A DNA stretch of 59,837 nt, the filler included, from Circinaria calcarea (lineage: Eukaryota), in assembly GCA_051942165.1 (NCBI GenBank). It is 4 parts of 4 records of this genome, joined end to end, with 100 filler letters (N's around TTAATTAATTAA, not from the genome) between each part and the next. Parts side by side here need not be neighbours in the genome. Positions count along the whole stretch, not along the records: positions 1 to 14,890 come from JAVECS010000400.1; positions 14,991 to 29,880 come from JAVECS010000401.1; 2 more parts are not named here. One strand, given 5' to 3'. Position numbers and translations under genes: made by a program. The notes beneath the pieces were generated by a model that was given only the letters and a program-made list of their open reading frames with translations, was not told the DNA's origin and did no database searches. Below, in pieces: positions 12,869-24,195 of the stretch; the first letter of the stretch is position 1, and each line of letters opens with the position of its first letter.

Positions 12869-12997
12869 AATCACTATGCTGGGGAAATATCATGACCGGA
12901 CAATTTCAAATCCTCGTTGAACCAATCATAATATTTCATAGTGACGCGTACGTGTACTATTTGAATGAGGACTAAATAGGGGTGAAGCCTGCCATGA

Positions 12998-14604
12998 TCA
13001 GGGTTCTAATTGTAGGAGCTCTCGTGAAACCTCAGTGTTCCAAAGCTGGGCATCCTCCCACAGGGATCGGCCAGGAACGTCGTGCAGCGTGTGTATCCAA
13101 GGAAACCTACACAGCTGACAACGGATAGCTGGCCAATCATATAGCTCCAGTCGTTCACAAGTCTCCAAAATTAAACACCGATGGTCCTTGCCTTTCAAAA
13201 CTGATACGCCACCAATAAACAGAGTCCACAAAAGTAGTGAGAACCCGCTGTCCTGGGTGTCTGCGGACGGGATATGGAGATCCTGAATGGCGCTTTCCAG
13301 GCGATTAGAAAGAAGGTGGCTGGAGTCGTCACGGCCGTATTTCGGAAGCAGGGTGGTCATGAATGCCAGCATTGCCAGATGTGCCACATCGTCATAGAGT
13401 CCTCCCAATGTGGGGCGTGGTTGCCCCAAAGGAGCGACTTCTATCAGACGATAGAGGAGTGATACTAGCGTTTCCGTGTAACTCAGCGGGTCGAGCTTCA
13501 CTGGGCCCTCCCTCTCCCTGCTGTTGAGGAGGCTGGCGAAGCTGACGACACTGAGCATAATACATGAAAGCCGGGAGGTAGTGCTAAGGAGCTGCTCCTT
13601 GACAATGCAAGGATCGCCTGAGACGCCGTTCATGGGTACTACCGCGTCGCTGCGGAACACAGTAGGTAACCCGGTTTGCAACGCCAACTCGACGTCAAGC
13701 CTGGTAATCGTAAGATTTTTCGCTTCAAAAAAAGCAAGAGAAAAAAAGAGGGCCGCGGACGCAAGCATATGCACTTACCTCAATGGCTTCAGCGCTAATG
13801 CACGGTTCTCTTCCATTAGTCTGGCGATTCCTCCCCGTAGCTGGATCATTCGATAGAGCCCGTTGAGGTGTATTAAGCCTATAGAGTGCAGATGATGTAT
13901 TTGTTGATAGATGGCGAGGGTAGCCACAGCAGCTATAGCGCTGTCTGAAATAGATTCAGGGCCCGACAGCTTTAGATTGACCAACGCATACGCCTGTGAA
14001 ATGTGATATAAAGTTTTGGAGGATATTCCAGGCTTACGCTCAAAGAAGTCGACATAGGACGCTGATATAGCCAACGTGCTGTGGAAGTCTGGGGGGTAAG
14101 GTATTAACGTTGGTGAATGAAGGTGGCGTGGCATTTAAATATATTACTTACATGCTTCATCTGCCAGGACACAATTAACCCAAATTGATTTGACGATATC
14201 GAATTTCGAGCAGAATTGGGGCGGAAACAGCGCATCGCTAATATCAAAGAACCCTGAGAGGAGTATGTAAGCGAAGACGAAGAAAGTAATGCAGGGAGTG
14301 AAAATAAAACGCTATATATACATCGATGCATAAGTTTGGTAGATTCCGAGTCAAGTTGTAGTGGGAATGATATAAGACACAAATCATTCCAAAGCAGCCG
14401 TCGTCCCGGTTTTGAGTATTCTGATCTTAATATGCCGGGGGCGGTCTGAAGGCGTTTGATATGAATGATGCTTGTTTGTTTTCTCCTCGATTGGCGTGGT
14501 CTGCCCGCATTCTTGCCTCTCATAACATGGGAACGAATAATGCGCCGGTCAGATTCCGACGGACCTATCCCAATCGCACCCTGATCGATAAATTGCAGCG
14601 TCAT
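12998..14604 (-). CDS. Fungal-specific transcription-factor-like protein (Fungal_trans_2/DUF3468-like) without a Zn2Cys6 cluster; 4 exons
   Basis: N-terminal basic RRIIRSHVMRGKNAGRPR motif; spliced LADEAY|FHSTLA; HLNGLYRMIQLRGG; LLLWTLFIGG; FPWI. Three GT-AG introns keep the frame. Confidence 0.75.
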
Positions 14605-14890
14605 GCCTATTATGTTGGCCTTTTCTTATCGCGTCGTGAGTGCGTAAAATAATCTTACAAGGAGGCTGAAAATTCCGGACACCGCAAGACTAAATATTTC
14701 GAATACCTGGCTATCAGCTAATCCTTCGCGGGGTTATCTCGCTTACGCAGTTTCACCACTTAATTATTAACTCGCGCCATAATTAATTAAAATTAATTAT
14801 TCGTACGATGATATTATTAATACACGTGGCCAATATATATATAGAATAATTCTATATAAACGGAGCCGCGCACTCACCCCCCGTTTCGCC

Positions 14891-14990
14891 NNNNNNNNNN
14901 NNNNNNNNNNNNNNNNNNNNNNNNNNNNNNNNNNTTAATTAATTAANNNNNNNNNNNNNNNNNNNNNNNNNNNNNNNNNNNNNNNNNNNN
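14891..14990. other. Artificial contig linker
   Basis: N44-TTAATTAATTAA-N44; the 12-mer has stops in all six frames. Confidence 0.98.
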
Positions 14991-15673
14991 CATTCTGCGG
15001 ATACTGTTGAAAACGGTGACTCCAGCGCATAATATGGGTGCATACTCGGCTGCATCCACATCTCCTGGGATGGGAACAACCGCTTCCGAGCGTAAATGAC
15101 AATATTCTGCATCTAAGAACAGCGGCTTAGCAGAGAAAACTTGAATATGGCATTGACCAGTTACCCACATCCGCCATCACGACTCACGCCATTGACGGCC
15201 CCGTTTGCACAAATTTGGAACAGACCACGATTGCAAGCCTTACATGTACCGTCGTGCCCTCCTAATTTTGCAGGGGTTCGGTTAGCAAGCTGGCTGCTTT
15301 CTCATACGGTGGGAATTCATCGACGACCATGCCAACCTACCATGCCAAGGTCCTCCGACTCTATCACCGACCTTCCACTTTTTTTCTCCTGGACCAACGG
15401 CCACAACGTGACCAATTACCTCATGACCTGGAATCCGGGGACTGGAGAAAAGTCAGCCGCAGCTGCGAGTCGGCGAAGGAAGAGCACTGGCAATGAGTTC
15501 CCGAAGGCGCCTTCTTGAACATAGGCGTCAGAATGACAGACGCCACAGGCTTGAACTTTGATCAACACTTCTCCTTCAATCGGCTCCTTCAACTCCACCT
15601 CTTCCAGGGACAACTTCTGACTTTTTTCTTTGAAGACGGCGACCTTGTAGGATTTAGGCAGGGAAGGAGACAT
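14991..15673 (-). CDS. Zinc-dependent medium-chain alcohol dehydrogenase, 3'-truncated by the contig end
   Basis: MSPSLPKSYKVAVF...CGVCHSD, IPGHEVIG, YAPILCAGVTVFNSIR; several introns. Confidence 0.88.
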
Positions 15674-16662
15674 GCCGATGACTGGTTCGATGTATTCGAA
15701 GGATGGGACGATTCGGTCAAGGATTTGCTGGGAGGTGGATGTTGGCACTCCATGATCGGTGTAGATTTTAAAGGTACTTATGCTGTCTGAAGGACGGCAC
15801 ATCAAGTACTTCCTTTTCCTCCTAATCCGATAACACCCAAGTCCGACTGACCTTGCCGGAGCACCTCGACCACTCGTAGGCTTGGTAGCTATGAAGAAAA
15901 GACATGTCCCCGGTCAAACCGCAGCATTATTAAGCTCGCAGTGGTCATTACAAATAAACGACAAAGAGAAGACTTTGGTAAGTAATCTATTTGGTGAGAT
16001 GATTGGTTGCTTGTCCAAAGCTACTGCAGCTACTAAGCCGTGACGTCCTTGGTAGATGTGATTGGTAATCCTATGATTCGGTGGTTCTAGAATCTCTAAT
16101 AGAGAGGAAGGCGGTGGACTGGATATCAGCGATAGCCATCGTTAAGCTTTAGAGGTTAGTTAGACCCCCGACTTGTCTGTTTTGTGTTACACTTGAAATC
16201 AATACCGTGGTGGCAGGCATAACAGATGTTAGCGCGGGTTTCGACCAACCCGGGTATATTCAGCAAAGACTGTGTAAATTCATTCAAACGAAAAGGTGTA
16301 ATATGGAGGGTATCCTCCTTGTATACGCCGTCTTTCTGTATAGAAGTCAAACTGTCGTTTGAGCCTTCTACGGTTATTGCAAGACAACCACACTAACACC
16401 TGTTATGCCTGCGGATCCCCAAGTTGAATCCTCTCGGAAGCGGAACCTCAAGACCTCCGGGAATCCTTGCTGAGGCTACTCGTGAACTTGGTGACGTAAT
16501 TGATCTCCAGATCCATATGCCAAGTATGTGAGGTTGGGATGATATCTATTGTTTCGCGAAGCTCTAGGTATCGAGAAGTTGATGCACTCGAACCATCTAC
16601 AGTCCTTAATCTTCTTTTTCGTCTTCATAGCTTTTTGCTATTCTACAACTCGGGTAACAAAC

Positions 16663-17673
16663 ATGGGTGTCTCAATCTCAACTGCCAAATGGCTTGCTCC
16701 GGCATCCTTTCTCTACGATTTCGCAATCCAACAATATGGTAAACAGACCTGCTCGTCTCACCTGCTCTCCAAGTACCCTAACAGTCCAAATAGGCTTGTT
16801 GTCATCTCCAAACATGAAGGACATCAATGATGCCAACCAATCTTTCTGGAGCCCTAACCCATTTTTCATTGGCGGTGAGTTTACTTTATCATTCATTGGA
16901 GGGTCCTTCTGAGCGCGGTGGCAGGCTTCTTTTTCCCCCAGCAGCTTATCCAGCTTGCATGGCTGTACCGCCTGTGGAAGCTCAACCCGAGCAAACCAAC
17001 CGAAAGGAACGAGTTGGCGCAGATAGTCCAATTCGTTCCTTACTATGCCCTCGGCAATATTTGTATTGGCAGTGAGTCATCGCTATCCGCTCGACCAGCA
17101 GATCAGGATCATGACAATGACACAGCATGGTTATTTTTCTGGAATTCCGAGCGCTTTGATATTTCCCACATTTTCGTCACCATCAACAGCCTCGCCCAAC
17201 TTTACTACATGTACGCCAAACTCGCGCCGATGAACACCAAGAGCACGTCATCCGTCTTGACGCATCTCGTCTCCAAAACCTTTGCGGGTATCGGAGTCCT
17301 CGATCTTCTCCACAACGGCTCCGTGGCCTTCTTCAAGGATGCTGCCCCAAGTACGGCAGTGAAAGTCATCACTGGTCTTGGCTTCGCAGCGCTGAGTGCA
17401 TCCAGCGATTGGATCTTCGGCGGCTGCATGGTGTACAATCTGGTCGCCTTGGCTGTTGGCCAGAGCGGAAGCTGGAGGAACCTACTGGGAGCTTATGCGG
17501 TGGGAGCTGCTGCGATTGTCGCCGCAAAGAACACCGCTAGGTAGGTAAGGCACAACCATTCCTGACGTGTACACTTTTAATGGAGCCTGATTGCCGTCAG
17601 ACCACCATATAACGGAGAGAACTCGGGTTACCAGGCTGCAAATACGGAGGAAGCTCCGTCGGACCAAGTTTGA
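16663..17673 (+). CDS. Conserved fungal multi-pass membrane protein of unknown function
   Basis: Spliced hydrophobic ORF (MGVSISTAKWLAPASF...FFPQQLIQLAWL...HLVSKTFAGIGVLDLLHNG...SDWIFGGC) with canonical introns. Confidence 0.7.
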
Positions 17674-18690
17674 ATGCGGAGGGGCTCTGAGTATGAAAAG
17701 TGTAGAGAACCGGATTATAATAGAGAATGATGGCGTCTGTGACGATATGTTGCAGTAGCCAAGACGGTTGCTCGAAATCACATTCAAGTCAAATGCAATT
17801 AATGTGGTTCTAATGCACCTGATGCTATCCTTGCTGTAAAGGACGAGCTCGCCCTAAACCATTACATGATAGATTGTCCAAAAATAGTGAAGCGCCACGT
17901 GACTACTCGGTCACGATCTCCGGCGATGCCCCCTGCCGATAAGATAATCTTGCATTTCCTTATCTACAGCGAAACGCCCAACCGGATTTAGCGCGACGGG
18001 CTGCACAACACATTCATCGAAAAGTGTTCAACAGCAGCAATAAGAACGATAGGCACCCAAGCTAAACGCTCGGGCATCGAGCCAAACATCTATCGAGAGG
18101 ATGCAAAAGACCACGCAGGTTCGCCACCTGCCGTATTCTGCTGACAACCCCCGCAGTCGGATGCCTATGACTTACTCATGGGGTTGCGCTGGGCTTGGGC
18201 GAGTGACTGTCTTCATCTCCACCACTGCCTGATAGGGCAGATGATGATTACAGCTCCTTTGCTCATAAGTACCAGGGCAACCTCGTCTTATTACTTTCCT
18301 GTATCCTTTCATGTAAAGCTTATCCAACCTGTTCTCATACTTTCGTACCTACAGCGCTATCTTCTAAGCAGACCGTAATTGTTTTTCGGGATACCTCGAT
18401 AACTGTCTTTCCAACTTGAGCCGTGTTTATCCGGATCAAGCGCATACTTCCGAATATCGTATAACGAATATAATTATCAAGCTCTGGCAGTTTCCGCCAG
18501 AACGTTAACGGCTTTACTCCATCGTTTAGTGCTGCAGCCAAGCCCAAAGCTAGACCACGCAGGCGCGATCTTCTGGAGAAACTTTGTTTGCGCCGTACTT
18601 TAATGGCCGGCATCAAAGGATTAGAGAAGACCTACCTGTAGTAACAAAAGATGGTTGTATTATAGGCGGTCGGAATTGGCACAAGTGGCC

Positions 18691-19977
18691 ATGCCGTGGC
18701 CTACGATAGCAACACCGTCCCTTCCGGACCACTGCCTTCCACAGAACCAATTCCTTCTCCGGATCTCCTCCAGTTTCCATACCTGCGTGCCAACGCCTCT
18801 CGCTTTTATATCCACTCTCCTTGGCAGCCTTAGCATCCTCTCCTGGCTCTTCGCTCAGCTTCCCCAAATCTTCAAGAACTACAGTCTCCAAGCCACTTCA
18901 GGTTTATCAATATTCTTTCTTATGGAATGGTGTTTGGGGGATACAACCAACCTGTTAGGTGCCTTACTGACTAGGCAGGCAACATGGCAGATTACGGTGG
19001 CAGGCTATTATGTCTGTGTTGATGTAGTATTGGTCAGCCAATATATATGGTACACCTATTACAAGGCATGGCGTAAGGGAAGTATCGAAGGGCTTGGCAA
19101 ACATAGTCGGGGGAATTACGGAGGCAATAGTGAGCTCCTCGAGGGTATACCTACATCTGATAGTGCCTCCCAAGCACCATCACCGGCCGGTGGAAGCGAT
19201 AAACCCACACCGTCGAAACCGTTTACTGAGCCCAAACCAGCTGCTTTCAACAGTTTTCGCTTTCCGAGCCTCTCCTCCTCCCCTAGAGAGAAAGCGACCC
19301 CGAGCTCCTCACACCGTACCATCACCCGCCTCCAGCATCCTCCTCCTTTGCCGTCACCCTCCCCAAAGGCCGTCCTCTTCGTCTCCCTTTTCTGCGCCGT
19401 CTTGGCCAACGCATCTCCAATTCAGACCCTTGACTCTCCTTCCCCAGAGAATAACACTGAGCTCGTCGGTCGGCTCCTCTCCTGGACATCTACGTTCCTT
19501 TACCTCAGCTCTCGTCTTCCACAAATCTACCAAAACTACTCTCGCCGCTCCACTGCCGGTCTGTCACCTGGACTGTTTATCGCCGCTTTCTTCGGAAACC
19601 TCTTTTATTCCAGCTCCCTCCTCACCAACCCGCTCGCCTGGGCTTCATACCCACCATACGGCTTGCATGGCTGGGTGGGGTCCGAGGGAAGCGATCGTGC
19701 CACATGGGTTGCTTTGGCCAGCCCATTTTGGCTGGGTGCAGCGGGTGTATTGGCATTAGATGCGACGATTGGGTTACAGTTTCTCATGTTTGGGGAAGAG
19801 AGAACGGTGATACAGGTGAAGGATGCAAAGGGCAGGGGCCATTGGAGGAAGGTTAGTGGATGGATGAGGGGTTGGGTGCCAAGTCCCAGTCCGGAGATTA
19901 CGGTGGTGGAGAACCAGAGGCCATTGTTGGAGAGGAATGGTGATTCGGGAGGAGAGCGGATTTATGGTGCCGTCTAA
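18691..19977 (+). CDS. PQ-loop vacuolar amino-acid transporter (Ypq/Rtc2-like)
   Basis: Two PQ loops (AQLPQIFKNY, SRLPQIYQNY), each followed by GLS; hydrophobic helices; intronless ORF. Confidence 0.9.
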   Translation: MPWPTIATPSLPDHCLPQNQFLLRISSSFHTCVPTPLAFISTLLGSLSILSWLFAQLPQIFKNYSLQATSGLSIFFLMEWCLGDTTNLLGALLTRQATWQITVAGYYVCVDVVLVSQYIWYTYYKAWRKGSIEGLGKHSRGNYGGNSELLEGIPTSDSASQAPSPAGGSDKPTPSKPFTEPKPAAFNSFRFPSLSSSPREKATPSSSHRTITRLQHPPPLPSPSPKAVLFVSLFCAVLANASPIQTLDSPSPENNTELVGRLLSWTSTFLYLSSRLPQIYQNYSRRSTAGLSPGLFIAAFFGNLFYSSSLLTNPLAWASYPPYGLHGWVGSEGSDRATWVALASPFWLGAAGVLALDATIGLQFLMFGEERTVIQVKDAKGRGHWRKVSGWMRGWVPSPSPEITVVENQRPLLERNGDSGGERIYGAV

Positions 19978-20902
19978 TGGATGGACGGGCGCTGTACGAT
20001 TCTCTCTGAGCATTCTCTGTATCGTTGTCCCACGCGGAGGATTTTTGGTATCGGCATGGCGAGGAATCACGGCGGGGCCTGGGTTCGGTAGAAGATGTGC
20101 TTTGATGCATGAGAGCAACATGGCATAGAGCAAGGGTTCATTCCGTATGACTGGGAGCGTTTGTGTGCCTATAGGCTTAGAGGAAGAGCGGGGGGTTTTC
20201 AGTTTCAGACGATTGAATCACGATTAATGCAGCATGGAATCACTGTGCTCAGCCTGTGTGTTCCCACCCTGCAGATGATCTGTGTTTCAAAGAAGCAACT
20301 CGCTGCCACGGATACTGCCACTGCGAATGTTTTAGACGCAAATAAAACGTCCGAAGACGCCGAGAATAACTCTCATCATTTGAGCCCCCGCGGCAAAGAT
20401 GGAGGGTGACGGAATCCCTCGAGTGATGTTTAGCCGAGATGCAGGTGACGAACACCTGTTTGGCTTTCTCAGCTGGCTCCAGGCTACCGTGCCTGCCTAT
20501 GTTTAGCCTGTCCTCCGTACGGAGTAGTCTGTCTATTCTTCTGCACGTCGTCATTCAACGTGGGGTCCGGTGGCAGAGCAAGCGAATGGCGCTCAGCAAG
20601 CGAATAGCGCTTTCTCAACAACAACGGCACAGCCGGCAAACTCATTGTGGTTTGTATCATGAACATGTCCTGCTCTAAGGACACAGGCATCGAGCAGTGC
20701 TTCTATTATATAATGGCGGATCCTCATAGGCTTTCCCGAGCTTTTATGCAACCAACCATACCTCCTCTCCCCAACATACACTCTTCCAAGCAGAATCGGC
20801 AGCGCGGCAGCGTAACAGCGCTCTACTCGCAGGCACGCAGAAAACCTCGACTTTCCCTTTCACAGCATCTTTGTCATCTGATTCCCTCCCCCGATTTCTA
20901 TT

Positions 20903-22502
20903 ATGGAGCCGTGTAGGACTTGTGACTCTAGCACGCCTTCTATACTACTCAGAAACCCGATACCCAGTCCTGCTCCGAAGCAAATAGATCCTGTGTCGGT
21001 CGAATACGACGATAAATGGGAGAAATGGAATGCTCATGGCCAGCTAAAATGGGCAACGCTGATGGAAGAAGGGGACTACAAAAATCCCTCGTTGTATAGG
21101 AAAGTCAAGGTGTTACTCATTTCATGGGACGAAGAGTCGGATGACTTGAAGACCAAATCTGAGGTACGATGCGCAGAAGATTTGGTGGAAACCAAACTCA
21201 CCACTGTCAGGTTGACGAGCTTGAGAATGTTTTCACGAATACGTTCGGCTTTCAAGTCACCCGAGCCCTCCTCGATAATCAACGACGAGCACATAGCCAA
21301 GTCAATTTGTGCGTCGCAATGTTCATTGAACAAGAAGACGACCCCCATGCGTTACTAATAGTGTACTACGCCGGCCACGGAAAACCAGGTCATCTTCCCG
21401 GTAGCCTGGAATTGACAGGGTGAGTTTAATCTGACTACGTTTCTGTCTCGTGCTCAGCGTTGACGTAACCCAGCAAACGAAACCCCCAAAATCCCCATCG
21501 ATCTAATGCTATTGTTTGGAATCATGTCGAGCGCGCCTTGCAGATGGCTGAAGCCGACGTTCTTGAGATCTTTGACTGGTAGGCAGCACTATCGAAACGG
21601 TATGGTCAGTTCATGCTAAGAGTTTCACCGGTAGTTGTTATGCTGGTGACTTGGGAGGTGAACCTATATATAAGAGTCTGGGAACTAGGTATGTCAACAT
21701 CCGAAACTACGGGGCTTCACCCACTGACCATTGCAGGTCCTTCGAATTCTTGGGAGCCTGCTCATCGAGGTCGCTGACTAGGGCCCCCGGAGAGTCTTCC
21801 TTTACGAATGCACTCATACGCGCACTCCAGCTTCTTGCCAAAGAGCAGGGAAAATTCACAGTCTCCCAGTTAGCAACAGCCGTTCGTGCAGCTCCGAACT
21901 TTCCCGAAGATCAAGTACCGGTGCTTTTTGAGCGAGGTGCCTCCATAGAACGAATAGTCTTGGCACCACTGTCAGACAAGAACGCTGATCAAGACTCGGC
22001 GTCTAGCAGCCAGGACGACCCTACCGAACGTCAATCACAAGGATTGTTGACTTTAAACTTTGTTTTCGAAACGCCTCCGAGCGATCATCATCTCGAAAAG
22101 ATAGCCCATGCTCTGAAAAAGATCATCCATCAGAAGGTACCAATCAAGCAAGTCGTTTGGGGAGGAAGCCACCGCTCTCCTAGTGCCCACTCTATCATGA
22201 TCCAGGCTGCAAATAAGTTCACGACAGGAATCGCGGTTCGTCGGAGACAGGCAAAGCTGAAGGAGGAGAGTTTCGAATCCCTGCCATTGCCAGACTCTTT
22301 GGCATTCCAGGGCGTGAATTTTATTGCTGACCAAGAAGGCGGAGGCGAAGGCGGTGCACCTCACGCTCGAAAGAGAAGATCGAGGACCGCAAGTCTTGAT
22401 CAAGCTGTCCTGGGGTCGAACGCTAATCCATCTCGGGCGCGAAGAAGAGTATACCCACCAGATCTGGATTCGGATACACACCAAGTATATGTCGCTGAAT
22501 GA
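20903..22502 (+). CDS. Caspase-like (clan CD, peptidase C14-like) protein; exons 20903-21163, 21211-21419, 21474-21578, 21635-21688, 21737-22502
   Basis: VLLISW...EVDELENVF; His motif LLIVYYAGHG; Cys motif DVLEIFDCCYAG rebuilt across an intron; SFTNALI. All introns GT-AG and in frame. Confidence 0.8.
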
Positions 22503-24195
22503 TCTTCGATCCACATGAAACTATCGACAGTGGGGATTCGTTTGAAGTTCTGGTCTTCCAAGGCATATGTATCTTTACATACGCGTAGATTCTCTGACGC
22601 CTTGTTATGTGTTCTGCGAGGTAAATTTTTGTCTGTCGACTATCCATTCGAGGCTACTTGGTCAGCGTAGTACCCATGCATAGCGGTGTATTCTCGGTTC
22701 TTGCTTTTCTGATTTCTGGGCTGACGCATCATTCATGGGGTCTTTGCGATTATTTTAGCGTTGTTGATGCATTGGTTTAGCGTTGTTCCTACCTACCATA
22801 GAATGAAGAACGCATTAGAGCGAGGCGTATTTGATGATTATGGGTTGTGGGAAATCTTCGCTGCGTGATTGCAATGGGCAACCATCTGCAGTGTGATGTG
22901 TGTACTACACGAGAAATGCCTCATGGGCGAAGGAGAGCCCCGCAGTTCTGGTCCGTTTCGTACTTCTGTGGTGGGGAATCAAAGCCATTTGAGGTCTATC
23001 TTGCAGTAAGCCAATGATAACAGCCTTCAGCCTTCTCTCGACTGCAGCTCATGCAGGGCGTGGGGTCCGAAACCGAAAAGGAAGGGTCCGACTGAGGGTT
23101 ATCAGCAGCACTGCCCCCCATGGGGTCGCACAAGGCCCACGATATGTCTAGTCTTTGCCTGACACACCAGCTGAGCTGCGCAGAAGTGCATGGGATGGAG
23201 AGTCATCGCAAGATGACTCTCCCACTTTATCGGCAGAGCCTCCTATCAATCGAGCATAAAAAGAGGTTAGCCCGCCAGGTTCCTTGGCCTGAAATCCAAG
23301 GTTGCCCCGAATACGAAGCTACGAGCAAGGTATTGCCTAAGACATCTTCCGGCTTCACGCATATCGCGCCAGGCAGATCTGGGTATCAGTTATGGACACT
23401 TCGGGTGCCGTATGCCTACGCTATCCTACACGGCAGCATGCATTAATAGCAATCCTATAGCCACCGCAGACTCCACGTTTCAGATCTTATCACGAGGCAC
23501 CTGTGGAAACCACCAATGTAAGTGGGTTCATCTTGTAACAGGTGAACTCATTAACGATTTTACGTTCAACAGGTTGATTGTCAATTTGAAAAGGGAGATA
23601 AAGTATGGAAGCAGGACACTACCAAAAAAGTTTGGGCACAGGAACTCTGGTATGTTGTGGAGAAAAGATACGACGAGGATACCGAGACGTGGGACTACAA
23701 AGTAAGGAACCATATCTTTGATTGGACTCTACTCATCCCATCAGATTAAAAACACGGATAACATTGAACACAAGGACTGGATACCCGAGAAAAACCTGAA
23801 GCGGGCTTGACTATCATGATCAGCGGCAGTCCGTAGTGTAGGACATGATAAATGCACTCTTGTCATGCAGTTAATGATTGGTTAATCTGTCCTGTGCAAA
23901 CGCTACTATAGTCATTAGCAAACTAGCTAAAGCATAAATCACTCAATCCGCCTTGGTCTAGGCGAGGCACATACATCCTTCCGTACACGGTAACTCGAAC
24001 CAGGATCGTCGCGACGCTGCCCGATTGCCTTTCAGGCGGGCAGTTCTACAGCAGGGCCAAATGGTCCTTGCGCCATTAAGCACATTGGGATATAGTCAAG
24101 ACTATCCCCTTCCCTCTGTTGTCATGTAGCTCAGAGTTCTTGAGACTATCGTGAGCCTTGCTCAATTTTCGGACGTCCACACTGACGCAGCGATA

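Noticed and set aside
14935..14946. TTAATTAATTAA palindrome as a biological element (also at 29925 and 44904)
   Set aside because: It is centred in identical N-runs and is a six-frame stop linker.
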